This document shows positions 18,183-26,686 of a stretch of 64,000 nucleotides of DNA, one piece after another. The notes beneath the pieces were generated by a model, which saw nothing but the letters and a program-made list of their open reading frames with translations, had not been told where the DNA came from and did no database searches. The stretch is from Gemmatimonadales bacterium (GTDB taxonomy: Bacteria > Gemmatimonadota > Gemmatimonadetes > Gemmatimonadales > GWC2-71-9): positions 50,026 to 114,025 of the forward strand of contig JBFJHJ010000003.1 of the NCBI GenBank assembly GCA_041613315.1, read 5' to 3'. A program made the position numbers and the translations under genes. Position 1 is the stretch's first letter. Each line of letters starts with the position of its first letter.

Positions 18183-19307
18183 TCAGAACCGGCTGGTCAC
18201 CTCCAGCACGCGCCCGGCGAACGCCACGGCCGCGAGACCGATCGCCCCCCGGAGACGGCCGGGGCCCACGCCGTTGCACGTCGTAGAGTCGGCCCGGTCC
18301 CGTCGCATGATCCGCTGCGCAAATTCGGCGAGTAGGGTGGGCTCACGCACGACGGCCACGATCTCGGGCTGTAAGCGGTAGCCCACGATGTCGAAGTTGG
18401 CCGACCCCAGCACGAGCGCCGCGTCGTCCACGAGCATTGCCTTGAGGTGCGTCATCCGCCCCTGATACAGTGAAACCTCGAGGTCGGCACGCCGGCACGC
18501 CTCCAGGATCGCCCACCGCATGACCGTCCGGTTGTGAATCTCCGACGTCACCACGGTCACGTCCACGCCCCGCCGTCGCGCCGCGTGCAGCAACTCGAAG
18601 AAGGGATATGTGATGTACGGGCATTGCAGATAGATGCGGCGTCGGGCCTGACCGATCAGATCCGCCACGACATCGAGGATCATCGAGTCGCCGCGTCCGG
18701 GCGTGATGAAGACGTCCACACCATCGAACCGACCGACGGCCCGCCCGTCCTCGCCCCGCCAGGTCGCGCGGAAGTCGTCCTGCAACAACCGTGCGACGCC
18801 GGGCTCCTCGACACGCAGCATCAGGTCGTGCCACGCGAAATTGTGCTCGCTGAAGTTGATACCGCCGAGGTACGCGACGCGGTCGTCAATGGTGACGAGT
18901 TTCTTGTGGTTGCGCACCGGCAGCCGGTGCAGCAGGCCGCGGATCGGCCAGACGAACGTGACCCCGACACCGCCCGCCCGGAGCCGTCGCACCATGCGTC
19001 GGGTCCGCCACGCTTCGCGCCGAAGTCCCAGATCGAGTTGGCCCGCGGGGGAGTACAGCAGGCGGTCGTTCAACATGTACTTGGTGAACGAATCCACCAC
19101 GATCCGACGGTCCCGCGCGCGGGACGCAAGCAGCGCGCCCGCCAGCGCCTCGCCGGCCGCGTCGCCTTCGAACGACAGTGTCTGCACGAAGACGCTATCC
19201 CGCGCGGTGCGGATGTCGTCCGCCAGCGCGGGCCAGAACTCGTCGCCGTCGATGCAAAGCGACATCCCCACGGGGGCTGGCGGCACGCTGCTGAGAGGTT
19301 GGGCCAT
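18183..19307 (-). CDS. phospholipase D family / cardiolipin synthase ClsB-like
   Basis: two HKD motifs: NHKKLVTID and THLKAMLVD; GGIN, GSAN; start uncertain. Confidence 0.9.
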   Translation of the reverse strand: MAQPLSSVPPAPVGMSLCIDGDEFWPALADDIRTARDSVFVQTLSFEGDAAGEALAGALLASRARDRRIVVDSFTKYMLNDRLLYSPAGQLDLGLRREAWRTRRMVRRLRAGGVGVTFVWPIRGLLHRLPVRNHKKLVTIDDRVAYLGGINFSEHNFAWHDLMLRVEEPGVARLLQDDFRATWRGEDGRAVGRFDGVDVFITPGRGDSMILDVVADLIGQARRRIYLQCPYITYPFFELLHAARRRGVDVTVVTSEIHNRTVMRWAILEACRRADLEVSLYQGRMTHLKAMLVDDAALVLGSANFDIVGYRLQPEIVAVVREPTLLAEFAQRIMRRDRADSTTCNGVGPGRLRGAIGLAAVAFAGRVLEVTSRF

Positions 19308-19515
19308 CCGACATGATGCCTCGACGGCCCCCGACGCGGTAGTGCGTGCGCGACCTCGCCCGCGCCGCCGCGCTCGACCCGCGGGCCCGGCGGCGCGCCA
19401 AATGCGGGCTATCGGCGCCGAATCTTCATCAACATCGAGGAGCCCGCTGATGGGCGGCAGGCGGACGTCGGGACCGAGGGCTGGTGGGCGAAGGCGGGTT
19501 GGGACCTGGGCGGCG

Positions 19516-19707
19516 CTACCGGGTCATGCCGATGCCCAGCTCGGCCGCCACCCGCTCTGTGACCCGCTCGATCACGTCGGGCGTATCGTAAAACCCACAG
19601 GCCAGCCGCTCGAGGATCACGAGCATTCGTTCGTGCGGGAGCACGGCGATCCTTCCGGCGACAAGCACTCGGCTGCCCGGCGCCCGGCCCTCCAGATTAG
19701 CGGGCAT
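19516..19707 (-). CDS. small protein, FlgM-like anti-sigma28 candidate
   Basis: ERMLVILERLACGFYDTPDVIERVTERV resembles the FlgM C-terminal helices; GGGGG RBS; sigma28-like promoter upstream. Confidence 0.5.
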   Translation of the reverse strand: MPANLEGRAPGSRVLVAGRIAVLPHERMLVILERLACGFYDTPDVIERVTERVAAELGIGMTR

Positions 19708-19769
19708 GTCGTCTCATCCCCCGACTGCGACTGTCTCCCGTGGTAGGGACGGCCCCGTCCTTACAGAGA

Positions 19770-19796
19770 GTGTCGGTCGCCGTTCCCGGAACTTCA
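19770..19796 (-). promoter_or_regulatory. sigma28-like promoter
   Basis: minus strand TGAAGTTC-N11-ACCGACAC versus consensus TAAAGTTT-N11-GCCGATAA. Confidence 0.45.
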
Positions 19797-19963
19797 GTCG
19801 GATCGCCCCGACCAGCCCGGTCCGGCTGCTGCCCGAAGCCCTGCGGCGCAGTCCCCGACTCGGCGCAGGCCGCCTCCGACCCCGGCACCGGCCACCGCCG
19901 CTTGAGTGACACCCGCCGGAACGATCGTTAGCTTTGCGCACACCCGCGACCCACGGCGAGACG

Positions 19964-21328
19964 ATGGCGACCATTCTGTGCGTCGACGACGAACCGGCGA
20001 TCGGGGCCCTCCTCGAAGACGCCCTCGACCGCATGGGGCACCAGGCGGTTCTCGCCACGAGCGTCGCTGAAGCGATCAAGGTCATCGATCGGCAGGCGCC
20101 CGATCTCATCCTCAGCGACTACAACATGCCGGTCGCCACCGGTGTGGATCTGCTGAAGCGGCTGAAGGAACAGGAATACGACATCCCCGTCATCATGATG
20201 ACGGGGTATGCCAGCGTGGACAACGCCGTCACCTCGATGCGCTTCGGCGCCGTCGATTATCTCACGAAGCCCGTACGCGCCGAGACACTTCGCATCGCGG
20301 TCACGCGGGCGTTGGAAGTCGTCCGCCTCCGGCACGAGAACGAGTCGTTCCGCCGGGAGATCAGCTCGCTCCGGGGCGAACGGGCGATCATCGGAGAGAG
20401 TGCCCCACTTCGACGAGTCATGGACGTGATCCGAACCGTCGCCCCGACGCGGGCCACGGTCTTGCTCGAAGGCGAGTCCGGCACGGGCAAGGAACTCTTC
20501 GCTCGGGCCATTCACGAGCAGGGTCCGCGAGCGAACGGACCGTTCATCACGATCAACTGTGCGGCGATGCCCGAGGGTCTCGTCGAGAGCGCGCTCTTCG
20601 GCCACGAGAAGGGCGCGTTTACCGGCGCGACCAACCGGGCGGAAGGAGCCTTCGAACGCGCCAACGGGGGCACGCTCCTCTTGGACGAGATCGCGGAGAT
20701 GCGGCTCGATCTCCAGGCGAAGCTGCTGCGCGTGATCCAGGAACAGGAGTTTGAGCGCGTCGGCGGGAGTCAGACCATTCGGGTCGACGTGCGGCTCATC
20801 GCCACCACCAACCGCAACCTGGAGCAGCTGGTGCGGAGCGGCCGGTTTCGTGAAGATCTGTTCTACCGCCTGAGCGTGGTGCCGATCCGGACCCCGACGC
20901 TGCGCGAACGCCCCGAGGACATTCCGCTGCTGGTCCAGCATTGCGTGCAGCGCGCCGCCGCCCAGTTCGGCACGCCGCGGGCGGAGATCACTCCTGAAGC
21001 GATGGAGCTGCTGCAGCAACATCCCTGGCCGGGCAATGTCCGGGAGCTGGCCAACGCCGTGGAGCGCGCCGTTATCCTGTCCCACGGGAGGCCCCTCACC
21101 CCGAAAGACTTCGGGCCCCGTCCCCCGCCGGGCGGCGCCGATGGCGGAGCACGGCCACCCCCCACGCTCCCGTCGAAGCCCGAGCTTCCCCTCAACTTGA
21201 AGGCACTCGAGCAGCTCGCGATCGCCCGCGCCCTGGAGGCCGCCGGTGGCCACCGCACGAAGGCCGCCCAACTCCTGGGGATCAGCGAGCGAACGCTGCG
21301 GAACAAGCTGAGCCGCACCCCCAGCTGA
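19964..21328 (+). CDS. sigma54-dependent response regulator (REC-AAA-Fis HTH, NtrC family)
   Basis: REC (VDDE, DYNMP), GESGTGKE, GAFTGA, LDEI, WPGNVREL, AAQLLGISERTL. Confidence 0.95.
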   Translation: MATILCVDDEPAIGALLEDALDRMGHQAVLATSVAEAIKVIDRQAPDLILSDYNMPVATGVDLLKRLKEQEYDIPVIMMTGYASVDNAVTSMRFGAVDYLTKPVRAETLRIAVTRALEVVRLRHENESFRREISSLRGERAIIGESAPLRRVMDVIRTVAPTRATVLLEGESGTGKELFARAIHEQGPRANGPFITINCAAMPEGLVESALFGHEKGAFTGATNRAEGAFERANGGTLLLDEIAEMRLDLQAKLLRVIQEQEFERVGGSQTIRVDVRLIATTNRNLEQLVRSGRFREDLFYRLSVVPIRTPTLRERPEDIPLLVQHCVQRAAAQFGTPRAEITPEAMELLQQHPWPGNVRELANAVERAVILSHGRPLTPKDFGPRPPPGGADGGARPPPTLPSKPELPLNLKALEQLAIARALEAAGGHRTKAAQLLGISERTLRNKLSRTPS

Positions 21329-21334
21329 GCACCT

Positions 21335-21377
21335 CGACCGGCAACCTTCGCCGGTCGGGGCGGAAGTTCTTGCCGGA
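21335..21377. promoter_or_regulatory. tandem inverted-repeat enhancer-like sites
   Basis: ACCGGCAA-CCT-TCGCCGGT and GGCGGAAG-TTC-TTGCCGGA, centres 22 bp apart. Confidence 0.5.
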
Positions 21378-21495
21378 GGGGAGCGCTCCGAACGTAATCC
21401 TCCTCACACTCGCGGCGCCTCCCAGATCACCTTCAGGCTTCGTAACACCAACTGCTACAAGCCGTTAACTCGTGTCGCCGAGCCGCCCGACGGGA

Positions 21496-21510
21496 CGGTA
21501 CGCGACTTGC
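21496..21510 (+). promoter_or_regulatory. sigma54 (-24/-12) promoter of flhG-fliA
   Basis: CGGTAC-GCGAC-TTGC; GG(21497-21498) to GC(21509-21510) with exact 10 bp spacing. Confidence 0.7.
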
Positions 21511-21555
21511 GTTAACGGAGCGCGCTTGCTCTCGAACCCCGTGAGGAGGCCGTGC

Positions 21556-22431
21556 ATGCTGCCTACCCCGCCGCACCGCTCGCCAGAGCCACCGGCCATC
21601 GCGCCAGTGGGCCCCGGCTCGGAGCCCCCCCACGGGCAGGAGCCGCCGCGACCCACGGCGATCGTCATGGGCAGCGGCAAGGGCGGCGTGGGGAAGTCCG
21701 TGCTGTGTGTCATCCTGGCGGCGGCGTTGGCGCAGCGGGGCCGCCGCGTGCTGTTGCTGGACGGGGCGCAGAACCTGGGGAACCTCCATGTCCTGCTGGG
21801 CCGTCCAGCCGCGAGCCATCTCGATGGGCTGCTGAGCGGCGCCGTGCGAGCGGCGGAGCTCGTGACGCCCGTGGCGGACAACCTCTGGCTCGTGCCGTGC
21901 GATTCGGGGACCGAGGCCGTGTACGCGCTGTCGGCGGTGGATCGTGCCAGGCTCCATGTCCGGCTCAGCGCCCTGTACGACGATTTCGATGTGGTCGTGG
22001 TCGATGCCGGTCCGGGAATCGATGGCGTCGTACGGGCGTCGGCGATGCGCGCCACGCGGTTGATCGTGGTCACCCTGGCCGAATCGACCGCCCTCACGGC
22101 CGCCTGCGCGCTGATCAAGATCGTCAATCTCCAAGTCCCCAGCGTACCGATCGGCGTGATCGCGAACCGCACACTCAACCCGTCCGAGGGCGAGTCGGCG
22201 TTTCACTGGCTGCGGATGGCGACCCGCGACTTCCAGCCGCGAGAGCTGACCTACCTCGGGTCCGTGCCCGAGGACGCCGCGATGCGCGAGGCGGTCCGCC
22301 GACCCGACTGGTTTCTCGGTGCCGGCTCGCTCCGGTCCGCTGACGCGGTGCGGAGGATGGTGGATGAACAGCTCGATCCACTCGTGGCCGGGCGATGCAC
22401 GCCCCTGGCGGTGGAGGAGACGCAACCATGA
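21556..22431 (+). CDS. MinD/ParA family ATPase, FlhG/FleN-like
   Basis: deviant Walker A GSGKGGVGKS, LGNLHVLLG, VVDAGPGI; coupled to fliA (ATGA); start uncertain. Confidence 0.85.
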   Translation: MLPTPPHRSPEPPAIAPVGPGSEPPHGQEPPRPTAIVMGSGKGGVGKSVLCVILAAALAQRGRRVLLLDGAQNLGNLHVLLGRPAASHLDGLLSGAVRAAELVTPVADNLWLVPCDSGTEAVYALSAVDRARLHVRLSALYDDFDVVVVDAGPGIDGVVRASAMRATRLIVVTLAESTALTAACALIKIVNLQVPSVPIGVIANRTLNPSEGESAFHWLRMATRDFQPRELTYLGSVPEDAAMREAVRRPDWFLGAGSLRSADAVRRMVDEQLDPLVAGRCTPLAVEETQP

Positions 22432-23192
22432 CTGAGCACCACGACGCGCTGTGGCGCCGCTACCGCTACGAAGGCGACCTCGCGGCCCGTGCTGAGCTGC
22501 TGGAGCGCTACATGGGCCTGGTGCTCCACACCGCCCGGCGGATGCATGCCAAGGTCGGCGATGCGGTGGAGTTCGACGATCTGGTGAGCGCGGGCACTCT
22601 GGGGCTGATCCAGGCGGTGGACGGGTTCGACGTCACGCGCGGGCTCGCGTTCAGTACCTATGCGATGCAGCGCATCCGGGGCGCTATGCTCGACCATCTG
22701 CGCGCCCGCGACTGGCTCCCGCGGAAGACCCGGGCCCGCGTTCGGCACGTGCAGCAAACGACCGACGCGCTGCGGCAGCAGCTCGGACGCCGCCCGCACC
22801 CGAAGGAGGTGGCACGCGCCCTGCACGTGGATCTCGACGCGTACTGGCGCGAGTGGGCGCACCTGGAGAGCAGCCCGATCGTCTCCCTCGACGGCGCCAC
22901 GCACGGGTCCGCTCCGACTGGCGCGCGCCTCGAGGAGACGATCCCGGATCCCGCCGCCCTTGATCCGGATGCCTCGCTCGTGAGCGCTGAAGGGATGCAG
23001 CGGCTCCGGCACGCGATTGCCGCGCTCCCGCCCCGCGAGCGGACGGTGTTGACGCTGTACTACTACGAGGACCTGACGCTGCGCCAGATCGGGGAGGTCC
23101 TCCACGTCACGGAGTCGCGCATCTGTCAGATCCGTGCGCGGGCCCTCCGACGTTTGCGCGAGCGGACGGAGCTGGTGGAGGCCGTCGCGTGA
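22428..23192 (+). CDS. fliA: FliA/WhiG family RNA polymerase sigma factor (sigma28)
   Basis: DDLVSAG..GL, FSTYA..RIRGAMLDHLR..DW.PR, LYYYEDLTLRQIGEVLHVTESRICQI. Confidence 0.92.
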   Translation: MTEHHDALWRRYRYEGDLAARAELLERYMGLVLHTARRMHAKVGDAVEFDDLVSAGTLGLIQAVDGFDVTRGLAFSTYAMQRIRGAMLDHLRARDWLPRKTRARVRHVQQTTDALRQQLGRRPHPKEVARALHVDLDAYWREWAHLESSPIVSLDGATHGSAPTGARLEETIPDPAALDPDASLVSAEGMQRLRHAIAALPPRERTVLTLYYYEDLTLRQIGEVLHVTESRICQIRARALRRLRERTELVEAVA

Positions 23193-23221
23193 GCCGGCGA
23201 GTGTGGACTGGGCGTCGCGCG

Positions 23222-23965
23222 CTACGCGGCGTTTCGCCGAGGCGCCCACGCCGGGAGCTGCATGACGGCGCGGGTTCCAGGTCCGTCGGACCGGCCCTCG
23301 ATCACGACCGTCCCGCCGACGCGGCCGACCAGATAGCGGCACACGGTGAGCCCGACGCCCGCGTGCGTCGCCCGCGATCGGGTTGTGAAGAACGGCTCGA
23401 AGACGCGCTCGCGTTCGTGATCGGGAACGCCGTGACCGTTGTCCTCGACGCTGACTTGAACCCCATCCGACATCGCGCGGGCGCTCACGCGGATCTCGGC
23501 CGGCGAGCCGTCCCGTACGGCCTCTTTGGCGTTCGTGAGCAGGGCCAGGAGCGCTTGCCGGAACCGCGCGTGGTGGCCGCGCACGGCTGGCAGGTTGTCG
23601 GCCAGCGTGGCCTCGGCGTGGGCTTCGGGCAGGCGCTTCTGGAACCGCTGCCACTCCAGCGCCTCAGCCACGACATCCGCCATCACCACCGGCCCGACCT
23701 CGCCCTCGGAACTGGTCGTGATCGCCCGCAGCACCGCGACGGCGCGGTTCATCGCATCGTCCACCCACCGCTGGGCGGAGGAGCTACCGCCGCCGGCCGT
23801 GGTCAGTTGCATCGCCTGGTGGATGTTGGCGAACTCGTGTGCGAGACCGGCGAGCATGCCGCGGGACGCGGCGGCCCCGTCCACGAACACCAGCAACTCG
23901 TGGAAATCTCGGCTCTCGAGGAGGCCGTGCAGGAGGCCCGAACGCTCGGGCTGGGGGCTCGTCAC
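23222..23965 (-). CDS. short histidine kinase (HisKA-HATPase only)
   Basis: AHEFAN H-box, LLTNAKEA, DNGHG, FEPFFTT, GVGL; no sensor domain. Confidence 0.8.
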   Translation of the reverse strand: MTSPQPERSGLLHGLLESRDFHELLVFVDGAAASRGMLAGLAHEFANIHQAMQLTTAGGGSSSAQRWVDDAMNRAVAVLRAITTSSEGEVGPVVMADVVAEALEWQRFQKRLPEAHAEATLADNLPAVRGHHARFRQALLALLTNAKEAVRDGSPAEIRVSARAMSDGVQVSVEDNGHGVPDHERERVFEPFFTTRSRATHAGVGLTVCRYLVGRVGGTVVIEGRSDGPGTRAVMQLPAWAPRRNAA

Positions 23966-24069
23966 GCCAATCTCCGCTGGGGCCCGCGCCGGACCCGCCC
24001 TACGCTAGTCCGGGCTTTGGAGAAACGCAATCGCGCCGGCGTCGCGCTCCGTCGGCTCCCGGTGTCGTG

Positions 24070-25677
24070 ATGCCGAACGACGCTGCCACCCTCGCCCGCC
24101 TGAGGGCTGAGCTCGAGGCGCTGCGGCGCTCCGAGCAGTTCCATCGGTCATTCGTTGACGCGGGGCCGCACGGGTTCTACTCCATGGACGCGGAGGGACG
24201 CTTCCTCACGGTCACGGAATCCGTCGTCTCGCTCTTGGGGTACGCCTCGGCCGCGGAATTGGCGGCCGTCGATCCCGCGGAGGTGTTTGAGAACGCCGAT
24301 CGGTACCGCGCCTTCGTCGGTTCCTGTCAGGAGCATGGCCGCGCCGTCGCCGAGCACCTCACCTGCCGGCGCAAGGACGGCCGCCGTGTGACGGTGCGCT
24401 TGAGTGGCCGTCGCGACGGCGGGGCGCCGGGCGCCCCCGGGGAGATTCAGGTGCTGATCGAAGACCTGAACGAGGCCGGTACACTCGGGCCGCGTCTGCA
24501 GCAGGCGGAGCGCATGGAGCTGCTCGGACAGTGGACCGGCGGCATCGCCCACGACTTCAACAATCTCCTCACCGTCATTCTCGCGCATGCGGAAGTGCTG
24601 GCCGCAGCGATGCCGGCAGACCGCCCCGACCTGCGGGCCGACCTCGAGGAGTTGCGGGGTGCCGGGCGGCGCGGCGCCGCCATCCTGGGACGCCTGTTGG
24701 GCTTCGCGCGCCGGCGCCCCTTGTCGCTCCGGCCCGTGAACTTGGCGGACATCGTGGACATGCGCGCCCCGGCCATCGGCCGCCTGCTGCCGGACACCGT
24801 GACGCTCGAGATCGTCCACGAACCCGACCTGCCGCCGATCCAGGTGGACACTCGCATCGTTGAGCAGATCCTGCTCAATCTGGCGGCCAACGCGCGCGAC
24901 GCCATGCCGGACGGCGGGTGCCTGCGCATCGAGACACGACGCACGCTCCTCGATGCGGCGTATCGCCGGACACACGGGTGGGGCGACCCCGGCGAATACG
25001 TGGCCGTCGTCGTGCGCGACACGGGCACCGGCATGGACGAGGTCACGAAGGCGAGGATCTTCGAGCCGTTCTTCACCACGAAGGCGGCGGGGATGGAGTC
25101 GGGCCTCGGGATGGCGATGGTGTACGGCCTGATGAAGCAGCACCGCGGGTTCGTGGAGGTCGAGAGCGCCGTGGGGCGGGGAACCGCGGTCACGGTGTTC
25201 TTCCCCGTGACGGTCCCCGAGCCCGCGTCGGACGTCCCACCCGGCATCGCCGACCAGCAGCAGTCTTCGTCGCAACACGGGCATGAGACGCTGCTGCTCG
25301 TGGATGACGAGGGGCCGATTCGGCGCGCGGCAAAGCGACTGTTCGAGAGCCACGGCTATACGATCTACGACGCCCAGGACGGCGAGGAGGCGCTCCAGAC
25401 GATCCGGGCGCACGCGCGGGCGATCGCGCTCGTGCTCGCCGATGTCATGATGCCCAAGATGAGCGGCCCTGATCTGTACCGCGCCTTGCGGCAAGAAGGG
25501 TACGAGATCCCCTTCCTGCTGATGAGCGGCTATTTGGGCCGCGAGGTTCGGGAGCGCTCCGACGCCCTCGAGAGCGTCCCGTTCGTGCAGAAACCGTGGA
25601 TTCCGGCGGACCTGCTGGCGCACGTCCGCCGCATCCTCGACCGTGACCCCGCGCCGGCGGCGGGCCGTGCGCCGTAA
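24070..25677 (+). CDS. hybrid PAS histidine kinase with C-terminal receiver (CckA-like)
   Basis: PAS, GGIAHDFNNLL, NARDAMP, DTGTGM, FEPFFTTK, REC (VDDE, DVMMP). Confidence 0.92.
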   Translation: MPNDAATLARLRAELEALRRSEQFHRSFVDAGPHGFYSMDAEGRFLTVTESVVSLLGYASAAELAAVDPAEVFENADRYRAFVGSCQEHGRAVAEHLTCRRKDGRRVTVRLSGRRDGGAPGAPGEIQVLIEDLNEAGTLGPRLQQAERMELLGQWTGGIAHDFNNLLTVILAHAEVLAAAMPADRPDLRADLEELRGAGRRGAAILGRLLGFARRRPLSLRPVNLADIVDMRAPAIGRLLPDTVTLEIVHEPDLPPIQVDTRIVEQILLNLAANARDAMPDGGCLRIETRRTLLDAAYRRTHGWGDPGEYVAVVVRDTGTGMDEVTKARIFEPFFTTKAAGMESGLGMAMVYGLMKQHRGFVEVESAVGRGTAVTVFFPVTVPEPASDVPPGIADQQQSSSQHGHETLLLVDDEGPIRRAAKRLFESHGYTIYDAQDGEEALQTIRAHARAIALVLADVMMPKMSGPDLYRALRQEGYEIPFLLMSGYLGREVRERSDALESVPFVQKPWIPADLLAHVRRILDRDPAPAAGRAP

Positions 25678-25731
25678 CCGCGCGGCCGCCGGTCAGGCCG
25701 CCACAGCTGTCACTCTCATCGGGATACGAGT

Positions 25732-26352
25732 ATGACCACGCGCGACATCTTGTTCATCGACGACGACCGGGCCGTCCTGTCGTCTCTCGGCAACTATTTC
25801 GAGCGGCTGGGCTACGACGTGTTCCGTGCGCCGTCCGGCGCCGACGGGATCGCCACGTGGGAGCGCGAGCAGCCCGCGGTGACCGTCTTGGACCTCCACA
25901 TGCCGGGCATGGACGGCCTGCAGGTGCTCGAGCGTCTGCGGGAGCGTGGCGCGACCGTCATCATGCTGACCGGCCATGGCGAGATCGAGTCCGCCGTGCG
26001 TGCCATGAAGCTGGGCGCCGAGAACTTCCTCGAGAAGCCCATCGACATGGAACACCTGACGCAGGCGGTGGAGAAAGCGGCCGAGAAGAACTCGCTCCGC
26101 CGCGAGGTGGTCAAGCTCCGGGCGCGCATGCGCCCGAGTCTCAGGCGCCAGCTCCTGCGCGTGGCCGTGTTCCTCGCGTTCGTGGGAACGGGCGTGGGGG
26201 TCGGCGTCTCGATCGGGGGGAGTCCCGACGCGAGCCGCCCGCGCTCACCGATCCCCGTCCCGCTCGATACGCTTCGTGGCGGGACGCCCGGCGATGTCGA
26301 CTCGAACCGGCGACCGAGTGCGGGCGGAGACTTCCTACGTCCAGGTGGGTAA
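25732..26352 (+). CDS. response regulator with C-terminal transmembrane segment
   Basis: REC (IDDD, DLHMP, LTGHG, EKP), coiled linker, TM VAVFLAFVGTGVGVGVSIG. Confidence 0.8.
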   Translation: MTTRDILFIDDDRAVLSSLGNYFERLGYDVFRAPSGADGIATWEREQPAVTVLDLHMPGMDGLQVLERLRERGATVIMLTGHGEIESAVRAMKLGAENFLEKPIDMEHLTQAVEKAAEKNSLRREVVKLRARMRPSLRRQLLRVAVFLAFVGTGVGVGVSIGGSPDASRPRSPIPVPLDTLRGGTPGDVDSNRRPSAGGDFLRPGG

Positions 26353-26370
26353 CCGCTTTCGGTCACGCCG

Positions 26371-26670
26371 CTAGTGCTGCCCCCACTTCCCGAGCCGCTG
26401 CAGCTGTCGCTCGAGCTCCCGGCGAGTGCGTTCCCGGGCCCGTTTGACCAGGAACACCCCCATGCCGACCATCCAGACCACGACCAGCCCGGCAAACGTG
26501 ACCAGCGGCGCGCGCACGAAGGCCCACAACACGCCGCCGAGTAGGACGAGGAACGCGAGGGCGACGGCGGCCCCGATCCCCAGGGTGGTGAGACGATCTC
26601 GCAGGGAGGGCTTGGGCCGGCTGTAGTGAGCGAACAGCGGGCGGCGCGGCGGCCGGCTGGGCGTAGTCAT
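26371..26670 (-). CDS. hypothetical membrane protein
   Basis: two hydrophobic helices; follows the hybrid kinase on the same strand. Confidence 0.65.
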   Translation of the reverse strand: MTTPSRPPRRPLFAHYSRPKPSLRDRLTTLGIGAAVALAFLVLLGGVLWAFVRAPLVTFAGLVVVWMVGMGVFLVKRARERTRRELERQLQRLGKWGQH

Positions 26671-26686
26671 TGGCGTGCCCTTGGCG

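Noticed and set aside
19409..19435. sigma28 promoter for the PLD gene (GCCGATAG on the minus strand)
   Set aside because: Good -10 but no TAAA-like -35 at the right spacing
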